A stretch of DNA of 63,958 nucleotides, filler included, from an uncultured bacterium (lineage in GTDB: Bacteria; Hinthialibacterota; Hinthialibacteria; Hinthialibacterales; Hinthialibacteraceae), in the NCBI GenBank assembly GCA_964449065.1. It is 3 parts of 3 records of this genome, joined end to end, with 100 filler letters (N's around TTAATTAATTAA, not from the genome) between each part and the next. Parts side by side here need not be neighbours in the genome. Positions count along the whole stretch, not along the records: positions 1 to 22,715 come from CAYVAZ010000038.1; 2 more parts are not named here. One strand, 5' to 3'. Under the pieces are notes generated by a model. The model was not told where the DNA came from and searched no databases. It saw only the letters and a list, made by a program, of their open reading frames with translations. A program made the position numbers and the translations under genes. Positions 1 to 10,535 of the stretch are shown here, piece after piece; within the stretch, counting starts at the first letter, position 1, and each line of letters begins with the position of its first letter.

Positions 1-25
1 GGAAAAAAGGAGCCTCGCAACGTTC

Positions 26-1342
26 ATGAAAGAACAGTTAATACAAAAATTTGAAGACCAATCCGCCGTATTGGGGATTATTGGGTTGGGGTACGTTGGT
101 TTGCCGATAGTGCTGGAAACAACCGAAACCGGATTTAAAACATTGGGATTCGATATCGACAAGAAAAAAGTCGACTCTCTCATGCAGGGTGAATCCTATA
201 TACATCATATATCATCCGAAAAAATCACCACATTGAAAGAGAGCGGCCTGTTTGATGTGACGACTGATTATTCGCGCCTCTCGGAACCGGATGCGTTGAT
301 TATTTGTGTGCCGACACCGTTGAATGAATACCGCGAGCCGGATTTATCCGCGGTCGACGCCACCGCCGACGCGATTGCCGAACACATCCGCCCCGGCCAA
401 TTGGTGGTACTGGAAAGCACCACCTATCCCGGCACAACGGATGAACGCATTCTTCCCCGTTTGGAAAAAAACGGCCTAAAAACCGGCCGGGATATTTTTA
501 TCGCCTATTCCCCGGAACGGGAAGACCCCGGCCGAAAAGATTTCACCACCCGCACCATCCCGAAAGTTTTTGGCGGCATCACGCCCGAATGCCTGGAAGT
601 AGGATCGGCATTGTATAAGCTAATTTTCAATCAGTTGGTCAAGGTGTCCTCCACGCGGGTTGCGGAACTCACCAAGCTGCTTGAAAACATTTACCGCGCC
701 GTCAATATCGCTTTGGTGAATGAGTTGAAAGTCCTCTGCGATCCGATGGGCATCGATGTGTGGGAAGTCATTGAAGCGGCTTCGACCAAACCGTTCGGCT
801 ACCACCCCTTTTATCCCGGACCGGGATTGGGCGGACACTGCATTCCGATTGATCCGTTTTATCTCACTTGGAAGGCGCGGGAATACGAATGCTCTACCCG
901 CTTTATCGAACTGGCCGGTGAAATCAACACCAATATGCCGAATTATGTGGTCATGAAAGTGGTGCAAACGTTATCGGAACAAGGGGTCGCTGTAAAAGGG
1001 GCAAAGGTGTTGGTGTTGGGCGTGGCTTACAAAAAAGATGTGGATGATTGCCGGGAATCTCCGGCATTGCACATTGTGGAAAAATTACGCGACTGGGGGA
1101 TTGTGGTGAATTACCATGATTCCTATATTCCGGTCTATCCGAAAACCCGCCACGGTGACATGGGCTTGTCATCGATCGAACTCAGTGAAACCAACGTAAA
1201 AAATCACGATGCGGTTTTGGTGTTAACCGATCATACCGATGTGGATTATCAATGGGTGGTGAATCATGCCCGCGTCGTAATCGATACCCGCAACGCCACA
1301 AAGACGGTAGTAGAAAACAGGGATAAGATTGTGAAAGCGTAA
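26..1342 (+). CDS. Nucleotide-sugar dehydrogenase (UDP-GlcNAc/UDP-ManNAc 6-dehydrogenase, WbpA/WecC family)
   Basis: GIIGLGYVG Rossmann motif, ICVPTP, ESTTYPGTT, catalytic GPGLGGHCIPIDP. Confidence 0.93.
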   Translation: MKEQLIQKFEDQSAVLGIIGLGYVGLPIVLETTETGFKTLGFDIDKKKVDSLMQGESYIHHISSEKITTLKESGLFDVTTDYSRLSEPDALIICVPTPLNEYREPDLSAVDATADAIAEHIRPGQLVVLESTTYPGTTDERILPRLEKNGLKTGRDIFIAYSPEREDPGRKDFTTRTIPKVFGGITPECLEVGSALYKLIFNQLVKVSSTRVAELTKLLENIYRAVNIALVNELKVLCDPMGIDVWEVIEAASTKPFGYHPFYPGPGLGGHCIPIDPFYLTWKAREYECSTRFIELAGEINTNMPNYVVMKVVQTLSEQGVAVKGAKVLVLGVAYKKDVDDCRESPALHIVEKLRDWGIVVNYHDSYIPVYPKTRHGDMGLSSIELSETNVKNHDAVLVLTDHTDVDYQWVVNHARVVIDTRNATKTVVENRDKIVKA

Positions 1343-1345
1343 CTC

Positions 1346-2155
1346 ATGACGGATCAATCCGTACACGACGACTTAAAGCGGTATTATCAATCCAGCACAA
1401 AATACCGCGACGACTTGATGACTCACAACGAAGACTTTCTGCATCCGTACATTTTGTTGGTGAAACGGTATGTACCTTCCGCCTGTACCGTGCTGGATGT
1501 CGGCTGCGGCACCGGGCTATCTACCCATTTGCTGCAACAAAACGGGTACAAAGTCACCGGAGCGGATTTATCGCCTTTGTTTCTTTCTGTGGAAAAGCGA
1601 AATCATCCTAACACAAATCTATTGGCCGCGAACGCGTTGAAGTTACCCTTTGCTCCAAATACGTTTGACGCCGTGTGCGCGTTTGAGTTTATTGAGCACA
1701 TTCCGGATGTTCCGGCGTTGTTGACGGAATTGGACCGGATTCTCAAACCGGGAGGGTGGATGATTTTTCATTCGCCGAATTTGATTTCCCCCTACCTTCC
1801 CGCCTTCGATATCTTGCGAATGAGCTTTGGGGGAGAAGGCAGGCCGGTGTTTGCGGAAACCTACGGGCAGGCCTGGAACTGGTTGGGGACAAATCTGTAT
1901 ACCTCATGTCAGAAGATGCTCTCATCCGCCGTTACGTTTTCCTACCGCAATCCCGATTTGAGTGAAAACCGAATCGGCGGTGATGCCGATAGCGTTTACT
2001 TGTCAAATCCGCTAGACTTATCAAAATATCTTAAACAGAATGGATACACAGTGCGTCAAAAAGCCCATGCCATGAGTTTAAAGAATCGATGCCTTGCCAA
2101 ACTGACACCAGATTTGGCACCGTATATGGGGCTGGCGGCACAAAAATTACCCTAA
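1346..2155 (+). CDS. Class I SAM-dependent methyltransferase
   Basis: VLDVGCGTG motif I, LPF..FD, EHIPD, RILKPGG. Confidence 0.9.
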   Translation: MTDQSVHDDLKRYYQSSTKYRDDLMTHNEDFLHPYILLVKRYVPSACTVLDVGCGTGLSTHLLQQNGYKVTGADLSPLFLSVEKRNHPNTNLLAANALKLPFAPNTFDAVCAFEFIEHIPDVPALLTELDRILKPGGWMIFHSPNLISPYLPAFDILRMSFGGEGRPVFAETYGQAWNWLGTNLYTSCQKMLSSAVTFSYRNPDLSENRIGGDADSVYLSNPLDLSKYLKQNGYTVRQKAHAMSLKNRCLAKLTPDLAPYMGLAAQKLP

Positions 2156-2170
2156 AGAAATACCGGGATT

Positions 2171-2926
2171 ATGTCTGTATTTGAAGCGTCAAACTTGATC
2201 AAAAATTATGGAGCAAAAACCGTCGTCAACCATGTTTCGCTCAAAGTGGAACAGGGGGAAATCGTTGGTTTGTTGGGACCGAACGGTGCCGGAAAAAGCA
2301 CGACGTTCGGCATGATGATGGGCATCATTCGACCGGATAAGGGACAGATATTTTTGAATGAAAAAAATATTACATCCCTTCCGCTTTCCAAGCGCGCCCG
2401 GCTGGGTATCGGCTATCTGTCGCAGGAACCGTCACTGTTCCGCCAATTGACCGTCGAACAAAATATTCATGTGGTGCTGGAAAACATGCCCCTCTCCAAA
2501 ACACAGCGCAAACGCAGTTGCGAACGGCTACTGGAAGAGGCCGGAATCAATCATCTCGCCAAGCAAAACGCGTCTTCCCTTTCGGGCGGAGAAAAACGGC
2601 GGATGGAAATTTGCCGGGCGCTGGCCGCCAAACCGCGTATCATCCTGTTGGATGAACCCTTTTCCGGTGTGGACCCCAAATCCGTCTCGGAGTTGCAAGA
2701 CGTGATTCTGCAACTCAAACAGCGGCATTTGGGCGTGCTGATTACCGACCACAATGTGCGCGAAACGCTGGAGGTAACCGACCGCTCTTACATTATGCAT
2801 GAAGGTGTTATTCTCACCCATGGCAGCGCGCGGGAACTGATTCATGACCCGGTCGTTCGGGATGCCTATCTTGGCGACAAGTTTTATATTCGGGAAGAAG
2901 CCCTATCCAAACCGGGCAAGTCTTAA
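2171..2926 (+). CDS. lptB: LPS export ABC transporter ATP-binding protein
   Basis: GPNGAGKST, RARLGIGYLSQEPSLF, LSGGE, LLDEPFSGVDP, ITDHNVRETL, final YLG: LptB-specific motifs. Confidence 0.93.
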   Translation: MSVFEASNLIKNYGAKTVVNHVSLKVEQGEIVGLLGPNGAGKSTTFGMMMGIIRPDKGQIFLNEKNITSLPLSKRARLGIGYLSQEPSLFRQLTVEQNIHVVLENMPLSKTQRKRSCERLLEEAGINHLAKQNASSLSGGEKRRMEICRALAAKPRIILLDEPFSGVDPKSVSELQDVILQLKQRHLGVLITDHNVRETLEVTDRSYIMHEGVILTHGSARELIHDPVVRDAYLGDKFYIREEALSKPGKS

Positions 2927-3222
2927 CACGAAACCGGTTTCTCTTTACGATTTGAACGTACAAAATAAGCCCCTACCATTCCGGTCGTGCGGAGAGAAAA
3001 TCATCCCTTTGATGCCCTGTATTTGTGTTGATTGGAATCCACCCGTCAATTGGTTTGCCCGATCGCCGGTGAAGGCGGCGGCACGATGAACAGAAATGGG
3101 AATACACGATAAAGTAGTGGAAGTTGAAGAGGCATTACATACACTGCGGTCTGAGGATAGACTTGTTTATCCAATTCTTGCAGACTGGGTGTATCCTAAC
3201 GAAAACACAAATATCCACGATC

Positions 3223-4098
3223 ATGATGAAACACGTACATGTTTTACTGGTAGAAGACAACGAATTTGATTCGATGGTTTTTCAGAAGGTGTTGGGGAAC
3301 CACGAAAGCGTGGAATTTTCTGTAACCCACGTCACCACATTGCAAGACGCACAATATCACTGTGTCACCAATGACTATGACATCATTTTATTGGATTTAT
3401 CCTTGCCGGACAGTTTTGGAATAGAAACCTTTGAAAAGTTATCGCTCTTTAGTCTGGATAAACCGGTTATCATTATGTCCGGCATTGACGATGAAGAATT
3501 GACGGTGCAAACGATTAAAGAGGGCGCGCAGGATTTTATTATTAAAGGGGCGATTGATAAAGCGCTTTTGCCGCAATACATTTTATTTGCCATCGAACGC
3601 AACCTCCATTTGTGTGAATCCGCCAATCCCTATTTGATTGATGATCTGACCGGATTGTACAACGAACGGGGCTTCACCTTTTTGGCCCAGCAAATGTTGA
3701 AGTTGGCATCCCGCACCAACATTCAATTCCATTTTTTTTATATTGAATTGCTGAATTTAGATTACATTACCGACAATTTCAACTACGACGAAGTTCATTT
3801 CGCATTGATTAAAGCCGCCAAACTTATTCAAAATACCTTTCACGCACTGGATTTGGCCGCGCGCACCAAAGCCAACAAATTTTCGATTCTGGCACTGCGG
3901 GAACCGGAACAAACCGCCGACGATATCGCTCAGCGCTTTCATCAATACGTCGATCAATTTAACGAATCCTTTCAGGGTGGATTTCAATTGGAATTTCATG
4001 TGGGATTGGTCGATTACGATCCAACCCAATTCTCCACGTTCGAATCGATTTTCAAAAAGTCCGAAACCAAAGTAAAGCAAAGTTCTTCAAATCTGTAG
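3223..4098 (+). CDS. Response regulator receiver plus degenerate GGDEF-like domain
   Basis: LLVEDN, LLDLSLPD, GAQDFIIK receiver; DDLTGLYN linker; signature replaced by RTKANKF; start moved to ATG 3223. Confidence 0.85.
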   Translation: MMKHVHVLLVEDNEFDSMVFQKVLGNHESVEFSVTHVTTLQDAQYHCVTNDYDIILLDLSLPDSFGIETFEKLSLFSLDKPVIIMSGIDDEELTVQTIKEGAQDFIIKGAIDKALLPQYILFAIERNLHLCESANPYLIDDLTGLYNERGFTFLAQQMLKLASRTNIQFHFFYIELLNLDYITDNFNYDEVHFALIKAAKLIQNTFHALDLAARTKANKFSILALREPEQTADDIAQRFHQYVDQFNESFQGGFQLEFHVGLVDYDPTQFSTFESIFKKSETKVKQSSSNL

Positions 4099-4426
4099 GA
4101 TTGCCAAATTACTTTTCGGTTTTCATTCTCTTTAACACACACCAGTTGAATGCCGGTGCGTAATAATGTGATTTGAAATCAGAACGTATTTTTGGCCATC
4201 ACTTTAATCCAGCGTTAATCCAACCTTGAAACACGCTATAAGTCCAGTAAAAATAAGCAGCATGTCAAATTTTGTTTTACCATGCGTTTTCTAACGGGGA
4301 AAAACCCTATACAATTCACTGGGAAGTCTATCCAGCGGATAAACTTAATGAATGTCCGTTTTTCGGAATGGCGCATGTTCCCGTTATTGTTTCCATGTCC
4401 AGCAGTTTAATCGAAAGCAGTGAACT

Positions 4427-5329
4427 ATGTCATCGCTAAAACTGAATCACGCGGCGCAAGAGGCGCGCGAACAAATGATTAAACAGTTCCTCAAGGAGAA
4501 CCCCCATCTCCGGCGCGATCAAATTGCGATTCGCTATGTCAACGGTAAGATCAAATGCGAAGCCGTTTCAGACGGTTTTCACAACCGGCCCAGCGGCTTA
4601 CCGAAGTTCGATCCCGCGCAGTTGGAACTGCTTGGAAAATTAGAGCAAGGTAAAGACAAGCGCTACGTCTCGAGTCTTCAATCGGTGCAAGCCTGTAAGC
4701 AGTACAACGAAGAACTACTCAAAGCCAAGGCCTGCCCCTATAACGATATGGATCATGGAAAAGAGCAGGATACTCTGGCGCGCAAAGAATACCAAAGCGC
4801 CAAATACGCTTTGGATTTGCAGGATTTTAAACAAAAACTCACAAAAGAAGCAAGCGATGATAACCAAACTCCCGATTCGGTTATCCAACTGATGACAATG
4901 GAATATTTCGATGCCTCCATCTCACAAATTCGGAATCTGGAAACGATTTTGACAAAAGAATCTCATTTGATGGAACACTACGTCCAGTTTGCCGATCCAT
5001 TTTTGCGCGACGCCTATCAAAAATTGCGCGATTATTTGAATGAGAAAAGCAAAGACACAATCAAAAAAACCCTGGCGCTGCTCAAAAAAGCGGCTGTCCG
5101 CATCCCCCCGCCAACGGCTAAGGAAGATATAATTGACAAAGAAGAGTTGAAGCGGTACGCGGAAAAAATGATCGAATTCGAAAACCGCTTATCTCCGAAA
5201 CGCACCCACATGCAGCCGGTGTTTAAGCTGGTTGCATTTTTGGAAGGGAAAATGGAGGATATGAACATTGAACCCGTTTCCAAAGATGCCATCCGGATGA
5301 CGATTCGGCACCGCGTAAGAGGGAATTAG
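4427..5329 (+). CDS. Hypothetical helical protein
   Basis: 300-aa ORF, charged and helical, no recognised motif. Confidence 0.7.
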   Translation: MSSLKLNHAAQEAREQMIKQFLKENPHLRRDQIAIRYVNGKIKCEAVSDGFHNRPSGLPKFDPAQLELLGKLEQGKDKRYVSSLQSVQACKQYNEELLKAKACPYNDMDHGKEQDTLARKEYQSAKYALDLQDFKQKLTKEASDDNQTPDSVIQLMTMEYFDASISQIRNLETILTKESHLMEHYVQFADPFLRDAYQKLRDYLNEKSKDTIKKTLALLKKAAVRIPPPTAKEDIIDKEELKRYAEKMIEFENRLSPKRTHMQPVFKLVAFLEGKMEDMNIEPVSKDAIRMTIRHRVRGN

Positions 5330-5435
5330 CGGTTTACGTTCTTACGCCATTTGCATTTTGAATTGCCGGGAAAAATACATTAGAGGCAGGACGCCTGAAC
5401 TACAATCCCAACGAAAACGACACCTCATCGCAACC

Positions 5436-5471
5436 AAAAAGCCCGGCGGGATTACCACCGGGCTTTTTTTT
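5436..5471. terminator. Bidirectional rho-independent terminator
   Basis: AAAAA-GCCCGGCGG-loop-CCACCGGGC-T-run between convergent genes. Confidence 0.85.
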
Positions 5472-5497
5472 GATTCCCTATTTGATATTAGATGATC

Positions 5498-6814
5498 TTA
5501 CACTTCTTCCGGGACCACATACGGTTCGCGGTAGTTGCGGGTTAAGAGTTCATTTGCGGCATCGTTGTTTTTGGTTAGTTCCGTTTCGCGGTCGATGTGC
5601 AGCAAATCGTTTACACGGTAGGCGGCATTGGCATAGTGGCACAACGCGGAAGAGTAATGGCCTTCTTCGATTTCCGCGTGAAGGTCTTCTTTCTTGCGGC
5701 TGCGTACCGCGTTGATGAAGTTTTCAAAGTGGTTACCGCCCTCGCTGCGTTTGGGGCCGGGTTTGCGGTCTCTGCCGAAGAAAATGCGGTATTCGTTATA
5801 GTTGGGCATCATCATGTAGCCTTTGGACCCAAAGAACAGGTTGCCGACTACGTTCCCACTTCCGCCTGAACCCAATTCATCATTGGTAATCCAGTGACGT
5901 ACTTCAAACGAAATCATCTTGTTTTCTTTTTCATACTTCATATTGGATACCATCGTATTCGGGGTTTCTTGATCGTCTTCAAACATGAAGTGGCCGCCGA
6001 TGGTAGCAACAGTATCCGGAATATCTACACCCAATCCCCAGCGGGCAACATCCATCTGATGCACACCTTGGTTGCCGATATCGCCGTTGCCATACGCCCA
6101 ATGCCAATGCCAGTTGTAATGGAAGCGGTTTTCACTAAAGGGGCGTTCCGGTGCCGGCCCGAGCCAAGTATCGTAATGCACTTCTTCCGGGGTTTCTTTG
6201 TTTGGTTTGTTGCCGATGGTATCGCGCCATTTATAGCAAGTGCCTTTGGCGTAATAGACTTCACCGATGACACCGTCTTTCAGCATATCCATCGCTTCAC
6301 GTATAGCGGCGCTGCTGCGGATTTGGGTGCCATGCTGCACGATGCGGTCATACTTGCGGGCGGCATTGACCAACTGGCGGCCTTCAAACACATTGTGTGA
6401 GCACGGTTTTTCGACGTAGACATCTTTCCCTGCCTGGCAGGCCCAAATGCCTTGGAGGGAATGCCAGTGGTTCGGTGTCGCGATGCCAACGACATCAATA
6501 TCGTCATTTTGCATCATGTCCTGAAAATCAACATAGGTTTTAACACTTAAATCAAAGTCATCTTTAATCCATTTTTTGCGTTCTTCCAAAACCCGTTCAT
6601 CCACGTCGCAAATGGCCATCAAATTGACACCAATCCGCTCCAAACCGATGAACCCTTCAACATGACTGCGTCCTCTTCCACGGACACCGGCCACGGCGGC
6701 GTTAATGGTTTCATTGGCACTGGTACCGCGGTGGGTTGTGCCGGCCAACATGCCGAACGTAACGGCTGCTGTCGAGGCCTTTTGTAAAAATTGTCTTCTG
6801 GTGTTATCGTTCAT
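5498..6814 (-). CDS. Tat-exported Gfo/Idh/MocA family oxidoreductase
   Basis: TRRQFL Tat motif from ATG 6814, GVRGRG, ATPNHWH, VYVEKP, NQGVHQMD. Confidence 0.92.
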   Translation of the reverse strand: MNDNTRRQFLQKASTAAVTFGMLAGTTHRGTSANETINAAVAGVRGRGRSHVEGFIGLERIGVNLMAICDVDERVLEERKKWIKDDFDLSVKTYVDFQDMMQNDDIDVVGIATPNHWHSLQGIWACQAGKDVYVEKPCSHNVFEGRQLVNAARKYDRIVQHGTQIRSSAAIREAMDMLKDGVIGEVYYAKGTCYKWRDTIGNKPNKETPEEVHYDTWLGPAPERPFSENRFHYNWHWHWAYGNGDIGNQGVHQMDVARWGLGVDIPDTVATIGGHFMFEDDQETPNTMVSNMKYEKENKMISFEVRHWITNDELGSGGSGNVVGNLFFGSKGYMMMPNYNEYRIFFGRDRKPGPKRSEGGNHFENFINAVRSRKKEDLHAEIEEGHYSSALCHYANAAYRVNDLLHIDRETELTKNNDAANELLTRNYREPYVVPEEV

Positions 6815-6941
6815 AGTTCTTCCCCAAAAAAGTATTTGTTGATTTGCTTTACAGTTAATAGTAAAATACTTTCTCTTGGAAATCAATTGCAAGCCGATGG
6901 GAATGTAAGGAAAGTTTTATGATTTTGTAACGTTAAGAAGA

Positions 6942-8516
6942 TTAGTGTTGTGCTGACGAAGAAGAGTCCGCGCTATCAAGTTCCACGCCTAATTCTCCGG
7001 GTTTGTAGGCAACATCTTCATACCAACGGGTGTGTTCCCAATGCGGTTCCACATACTCAACAATCTGCTGCGCGGTGGGCTCAATGGTTTTGAGCAATGG
7101 TTGCGGAAACATGCCGATTAAGAAACACAACAATGCGATTGGCACCAAAACGATAAGTTCCCGGTTCGAAAGGTCTTGCAATTTTTCGTTTTCCGGATTG
7201 CGGATAGGGCCGAACATCATTTTTTGATAAAGCATCAGCATGTAAATGGCACCGAGAATTACGCCGGTGGCCGCGAGTGATGCCCAAACAATCGATGCGC
7301 CCATCAAGCCGGTAAGGATAAGCAACTCTCCCACAAAACCGTTCAGGCCGGGGAGACCGATCGAGGATAAGGTAAAGATCATAAAGAAGATGGCGAAGAG
7401 AGGCATGGTTTTCGCCAAGCCGCCGAAATCGCTGATTAAACGGGTGTGGCGGCGTTCGTAAATGATTCCAACGATGAGGAACAAGCCGCCGGTGGACAGA
7501 CCGTGGTTGATCATTTGGATGATACCGCCCTGAATGCCCTGTAAGTTCCATGCGAGTATGCCTGCCAGCAATATGCCCATGTGGCTGACGGATGAATATG
7601 CAACCAGGCGTTTAACATCCTTTTGGATCATGGCGATCAATGCCCCGTAGATCAAACCAATAATGGAAAGCAGCATGAGCAGTGGTGTAAATTCCAATAC
7701 CGCTGCCGGGAAAAACGGTACCGCAAATCGCAGGAAGCCGTACACACCGGTTTTCAGCAAAATTCCAGCAAGGATGACCGAACCGGCGGTAGGGGCCTCG
7801 GTGTGCGCGTACGGCAGCCATGTATGAAAGGGGAACAAGGGCATTTTGATCAAAAAGGCCAATACAAACGCGAAGAAAAGCCATTTTTGTGTTGCAGGAT
7901 CAAGAGAAACCTTTGTGAATTCTTCAAAACTGAAAGTTAAGATACCGCCCAATTGCTGATTGACTGCAAAGTACAGATAAAAAATGACCAACAACATCAA
8001 GGCCGAGCCGAATGATGTAAAGAGGAAGAATTTAATCCCGGCATAGATGCGGTCTTTGCCGCCCCAGATGCCGATGATAAAGTACATCGGAACCAGCATG
8101 AGTTCCCAAAATAAGAAGAACAGGAACATATCCAGCGCGATAAAGGTTCCCAGCATACCGGTTTCGAGCATGAGCATGAAAAAGTAGAAGAGTTTTTCAC
8201 GCTTTTGGATGTATTCAAACGAAGCAAGAATCGAAATGGTACTGAGAAGTGTTGTTAAAACCACTAACACCAAACTCATCCCATCGATCCCGATACGGTA
8301 GTCGATTCCTAAGGCGGGTACCCATGGATTGGTAACCGTAAGATGGAAACCCGGCTCACCATACGGGAAGACCATCATCAGGGGGAGGCACAAAACCAAG
8401 GGCACAAGCGAAATAACAAACGCAATGCGCTTATGCGCCCCGGTAAACCCGTCGGGGACAATCAACAGGAACAAGGCTCCCAAAATGGGTATGAAGGTAA
8501 TCAGCGTTAGAAGCAT
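6942..8516 (-). CDS. nuoM: NADH-quinone oxidoreductase subunit M
   Basis: FFLFWELMLVPMY, KMPLFPFHTWLPYAHTEAP, AYSSVSHMG; start MLLTLIT at 8516 overlaps nuoL stop. Confidence 0.93.
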   Translation of the reverse strand: MLLTLITFIPILGALFLLIVPDGFTGAHKRIAFVISLVPLVLCLPLMMVFPYGEPGFHLTVTNPWVPALGIDYRIGIDGMSLVLVVLTTLLSTISILASFEYIQKREKLFYFFMLMLETGMLGTFIALDMFLFFLFWELMLVPMYFIIGIWGGKDRIYAGIKFFLFTSFGSALMLLVIFYLYFAVNQQLGGILTFSFEEFTKVSLDPATQKWLFFAFVLAFLIKMPLFPFHTWLPYAHTEAPTAGSVILAGILLKTGVYGFLRFAVPFFPAAVLEFTPLLMLLSIIGLIYGALIAMIQKDVKRLVAYSSVSHMGILLAGILAWNLQGIQGGIIQMINHGLSTGGLFLIVGIIYERRHTRLISDFGGLAKTMPLFAIFFMIFTLSSIGLPGLNGFVGELLILTGLMGASIVWASLAATGVILGAIYMLMLYQKMMFGPIRNPENEKLQDLSNRELIVLVPIALLCFLIGMFPQPLLKTIEPTAQQIVEYVEPHWEHTRWYEDVAYKPGELGVELDSADSSSSAQH

Positions 8517-10513
8517 AAGAGTAACCACACGGTTAAGAATACGGCACCCAAAATGGTGGCCAGCGCGTAATGCAATACGATACCAGATTGAACTTGGCGA
8601 ACCCAGGTAGCGCAAATCATAAAGAATTCAGCCAAGCCGTTGATACCGGCAATGATGATATTGTCATCCGACCATTGCGTCATCCGGCAGACTTTGTAAT
8701 AGTTTTTCACGAATACGGTTTGATAAATTTCATCCACACTGTATTTCTGGTATAAGAGGTTGTAAGCACCGGAGAATGCATCTTTCAACCGTTCCGGCAT
8801 TCCGGGTACCCAAACATAAATCAAGCGCGCCAGAAAGATTCCCAGTAACGCAACCAAAACCGAAACGCCCGCCAAGATCACTTCCGCGGTGTATTTCATA
8901 TCGGCAGGAACAACGTGTTTGGCATGAGCGATTTCATGGCCCTGCGCGGTTACGGAATGCATAAAGTCATGAAAACCGGTGTAACCGACAAGCGGCATGT
9001 TCAGCCAGCCGATGGTGATGGAGAAAAACGCCAACACCATAAGCGGCAGCCACATAATCACGGGCGATTCATGCAGATGATGGCGCTGTTCTTCCGTGCC
9101 GCGAAATTCTCCCGAAAATAAAAGATTGTATAAGCGGAACATGTAAAAGGCTGTGAACAATGCTGCTAGTATCCCCAAAATCCATAAGAAGAATTTTCCA
9201 GAATAGAAGGCTTCCCACAAGATTTCATCCTTGGAGAAGAAACCGGCGAGGGGTGGAATCCCCGCAATGGCGATGGTTGAGATCAAGAATGTGATGCGGG
9301 TATAGGGCATGTATTTTCTGAGGCCACCGGCTTCAAACACATCCACATCGGTATCACGGTGAAAGGCGTGAAGAACCGAGCCGGCACCTAAAAAGAGGCA
9401 GGCCTTAAAGAAAGCGTGAGTCATCAAGTGGAAGATGGCGGCGATATAGGCCCCGGAACCACAAGCCAAGAACATATAGCCCAACTGGCTGACGGTTGAG
9501 TATGCCAGTATCTTTTTGCTGTCGCGTTGCACCAAAGCTATACTGGCAGCCATTATTGCGGTCAACCCGCCGATGACGCCGATTACGGTTAATGTGCTTG
9601 GGGCCAAACTGAACAATATATTTAGGCGGGCGATCATATAGACTCCCGCGGTAACCATCGTCGCGGCATGGATCAACGCGCTAACGGGTGTAGGACCCGC
9701 CATCGCATCCGGCAGCCAGACGAACAATGGAATTTGCGCGGATTTTCCGGTTGCACCAAAGAACAACAGCAAGGTAATCATCGTGATTGTGACGCCCGCG
9801 TACGCAAATACTTCCGGAGCACGGGTGTTGATATCCACATACTTTAACGACCCCAAGTACCAAAAGATCAGCAGCATTCCGATCACGAACGCGAAATCAC
9901 CGATCCGGTTGACGATAAAGGCTTTTTTGCCCGCGTCTGCGGCGTAATCGCGGTCATAGAAATAACCGATAAGCAGGTAAGAGCATAGGCCAACGCCTTC
10001 CCAGCCGATAAACATGACGGGGATGGAATTGCCCATGACCAAAATAAACATAAAGAAGGTAAACAGCGGCAAATAAGTAAAGAAGCGCCCGAAGCCTTCA
10101 TCATGAGACATATATCCAATTGCGTAGATAAAGATGATTGTCCCCACGAAGGAAACCACCATCATCATGACGACGGTGAGGGGATCAATATAAACACCGA
10201 ATGGGATTTGGAAGGCCCCGACGCCGATCCAGGTGTAGTAATCAATATCAAGGGGTGCGAAATGTCCTCCAGCCGCGATAACAGCAACCAGGCAATACAC
10301 GGAGAGGAGAAGCGAAAAGACCATCGCGCCGGTCGCGACCAGGCCGGTCAAGTCTTTTAAATGGGTGCGGCTTAAAAACGCGTTTGCCAATGCCGCCAAT
10401 CCCGGAAACACCGGAACCAGCCACGCAATCTGCGCAATCGTCTCCCGTGTGCCGGCAGATTCAACCGCAGTGCTTCCCAATACGTTTTGCAGCATGGCAA
10501 CACTAAAATCCAT
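8507..10513 (-). CDS. nuoL: NADH-quinone oxidoreductase subunit L
   Basis: GWEGVGLCSYLLIG, KSAQIPLFVWLPDAMAGPTPVSALIHAATMV, THAFFKA. Confidence 0.95.
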   Translation of the reverse strand: MDFSVAMLQNVLGSTAVESAGTRETIAQIAWLVPVFPGLAALANAFLSRTHLKDLTGLVATGAMVFSLLLSVYCLVAVIAAGGHFAPLDIDYYTWIGVGAFQIPFGVYIDPLTVVMMMVVSFVGTIIFIYAIGYMSHDEGFGRFFTYLPLFTFFMFILVMGNSIPVMFIGWEGVGLCSYLLIGYFYDRDYAADAGKKAFIVNRIGDFAFVIGMLLIFWYLGSLKYVDINTRAPEVFAYAGVTITMITLLLFFGATGKSAQIPLFVWLPDAMAGPTPVSALIHAATMVTAGVYMIARLNILFSLAPSTLTVIGVIGGLTAIMAASIALVQRDSKKILAYSTVSQLGYMFLACGSGAYIAAIFHLMTHAFFKACLFLGAGSVLHAFHRDTDVDVFEAGGLRKYMPYTRITFLISTIAIAGIPPLAGFFSKDEILWEAFYSGKFFLWILGILAALFTAFYMFRLYNLLFSGEFRGTEEQRHHLHESPVIMWLPLMVLAFFSITIGWLNMPLVGYTGFHDFMHSVTAQGHEIAHAKHVVPADMKYTAEVILAGVSVLVALLGIFLARLIYVWVPGMPERLKDAFSGAYNLLYQKYSVDEIYQTVFVKNYYKVCRMTQWSDDNIIIAGINGLAEFFMICATWVRQVQSGIVLHYALATILGAVFLTVWLLLCF

Positions 10514-10535
10514 GGTTTGTTAAAACCCTTTCCGC

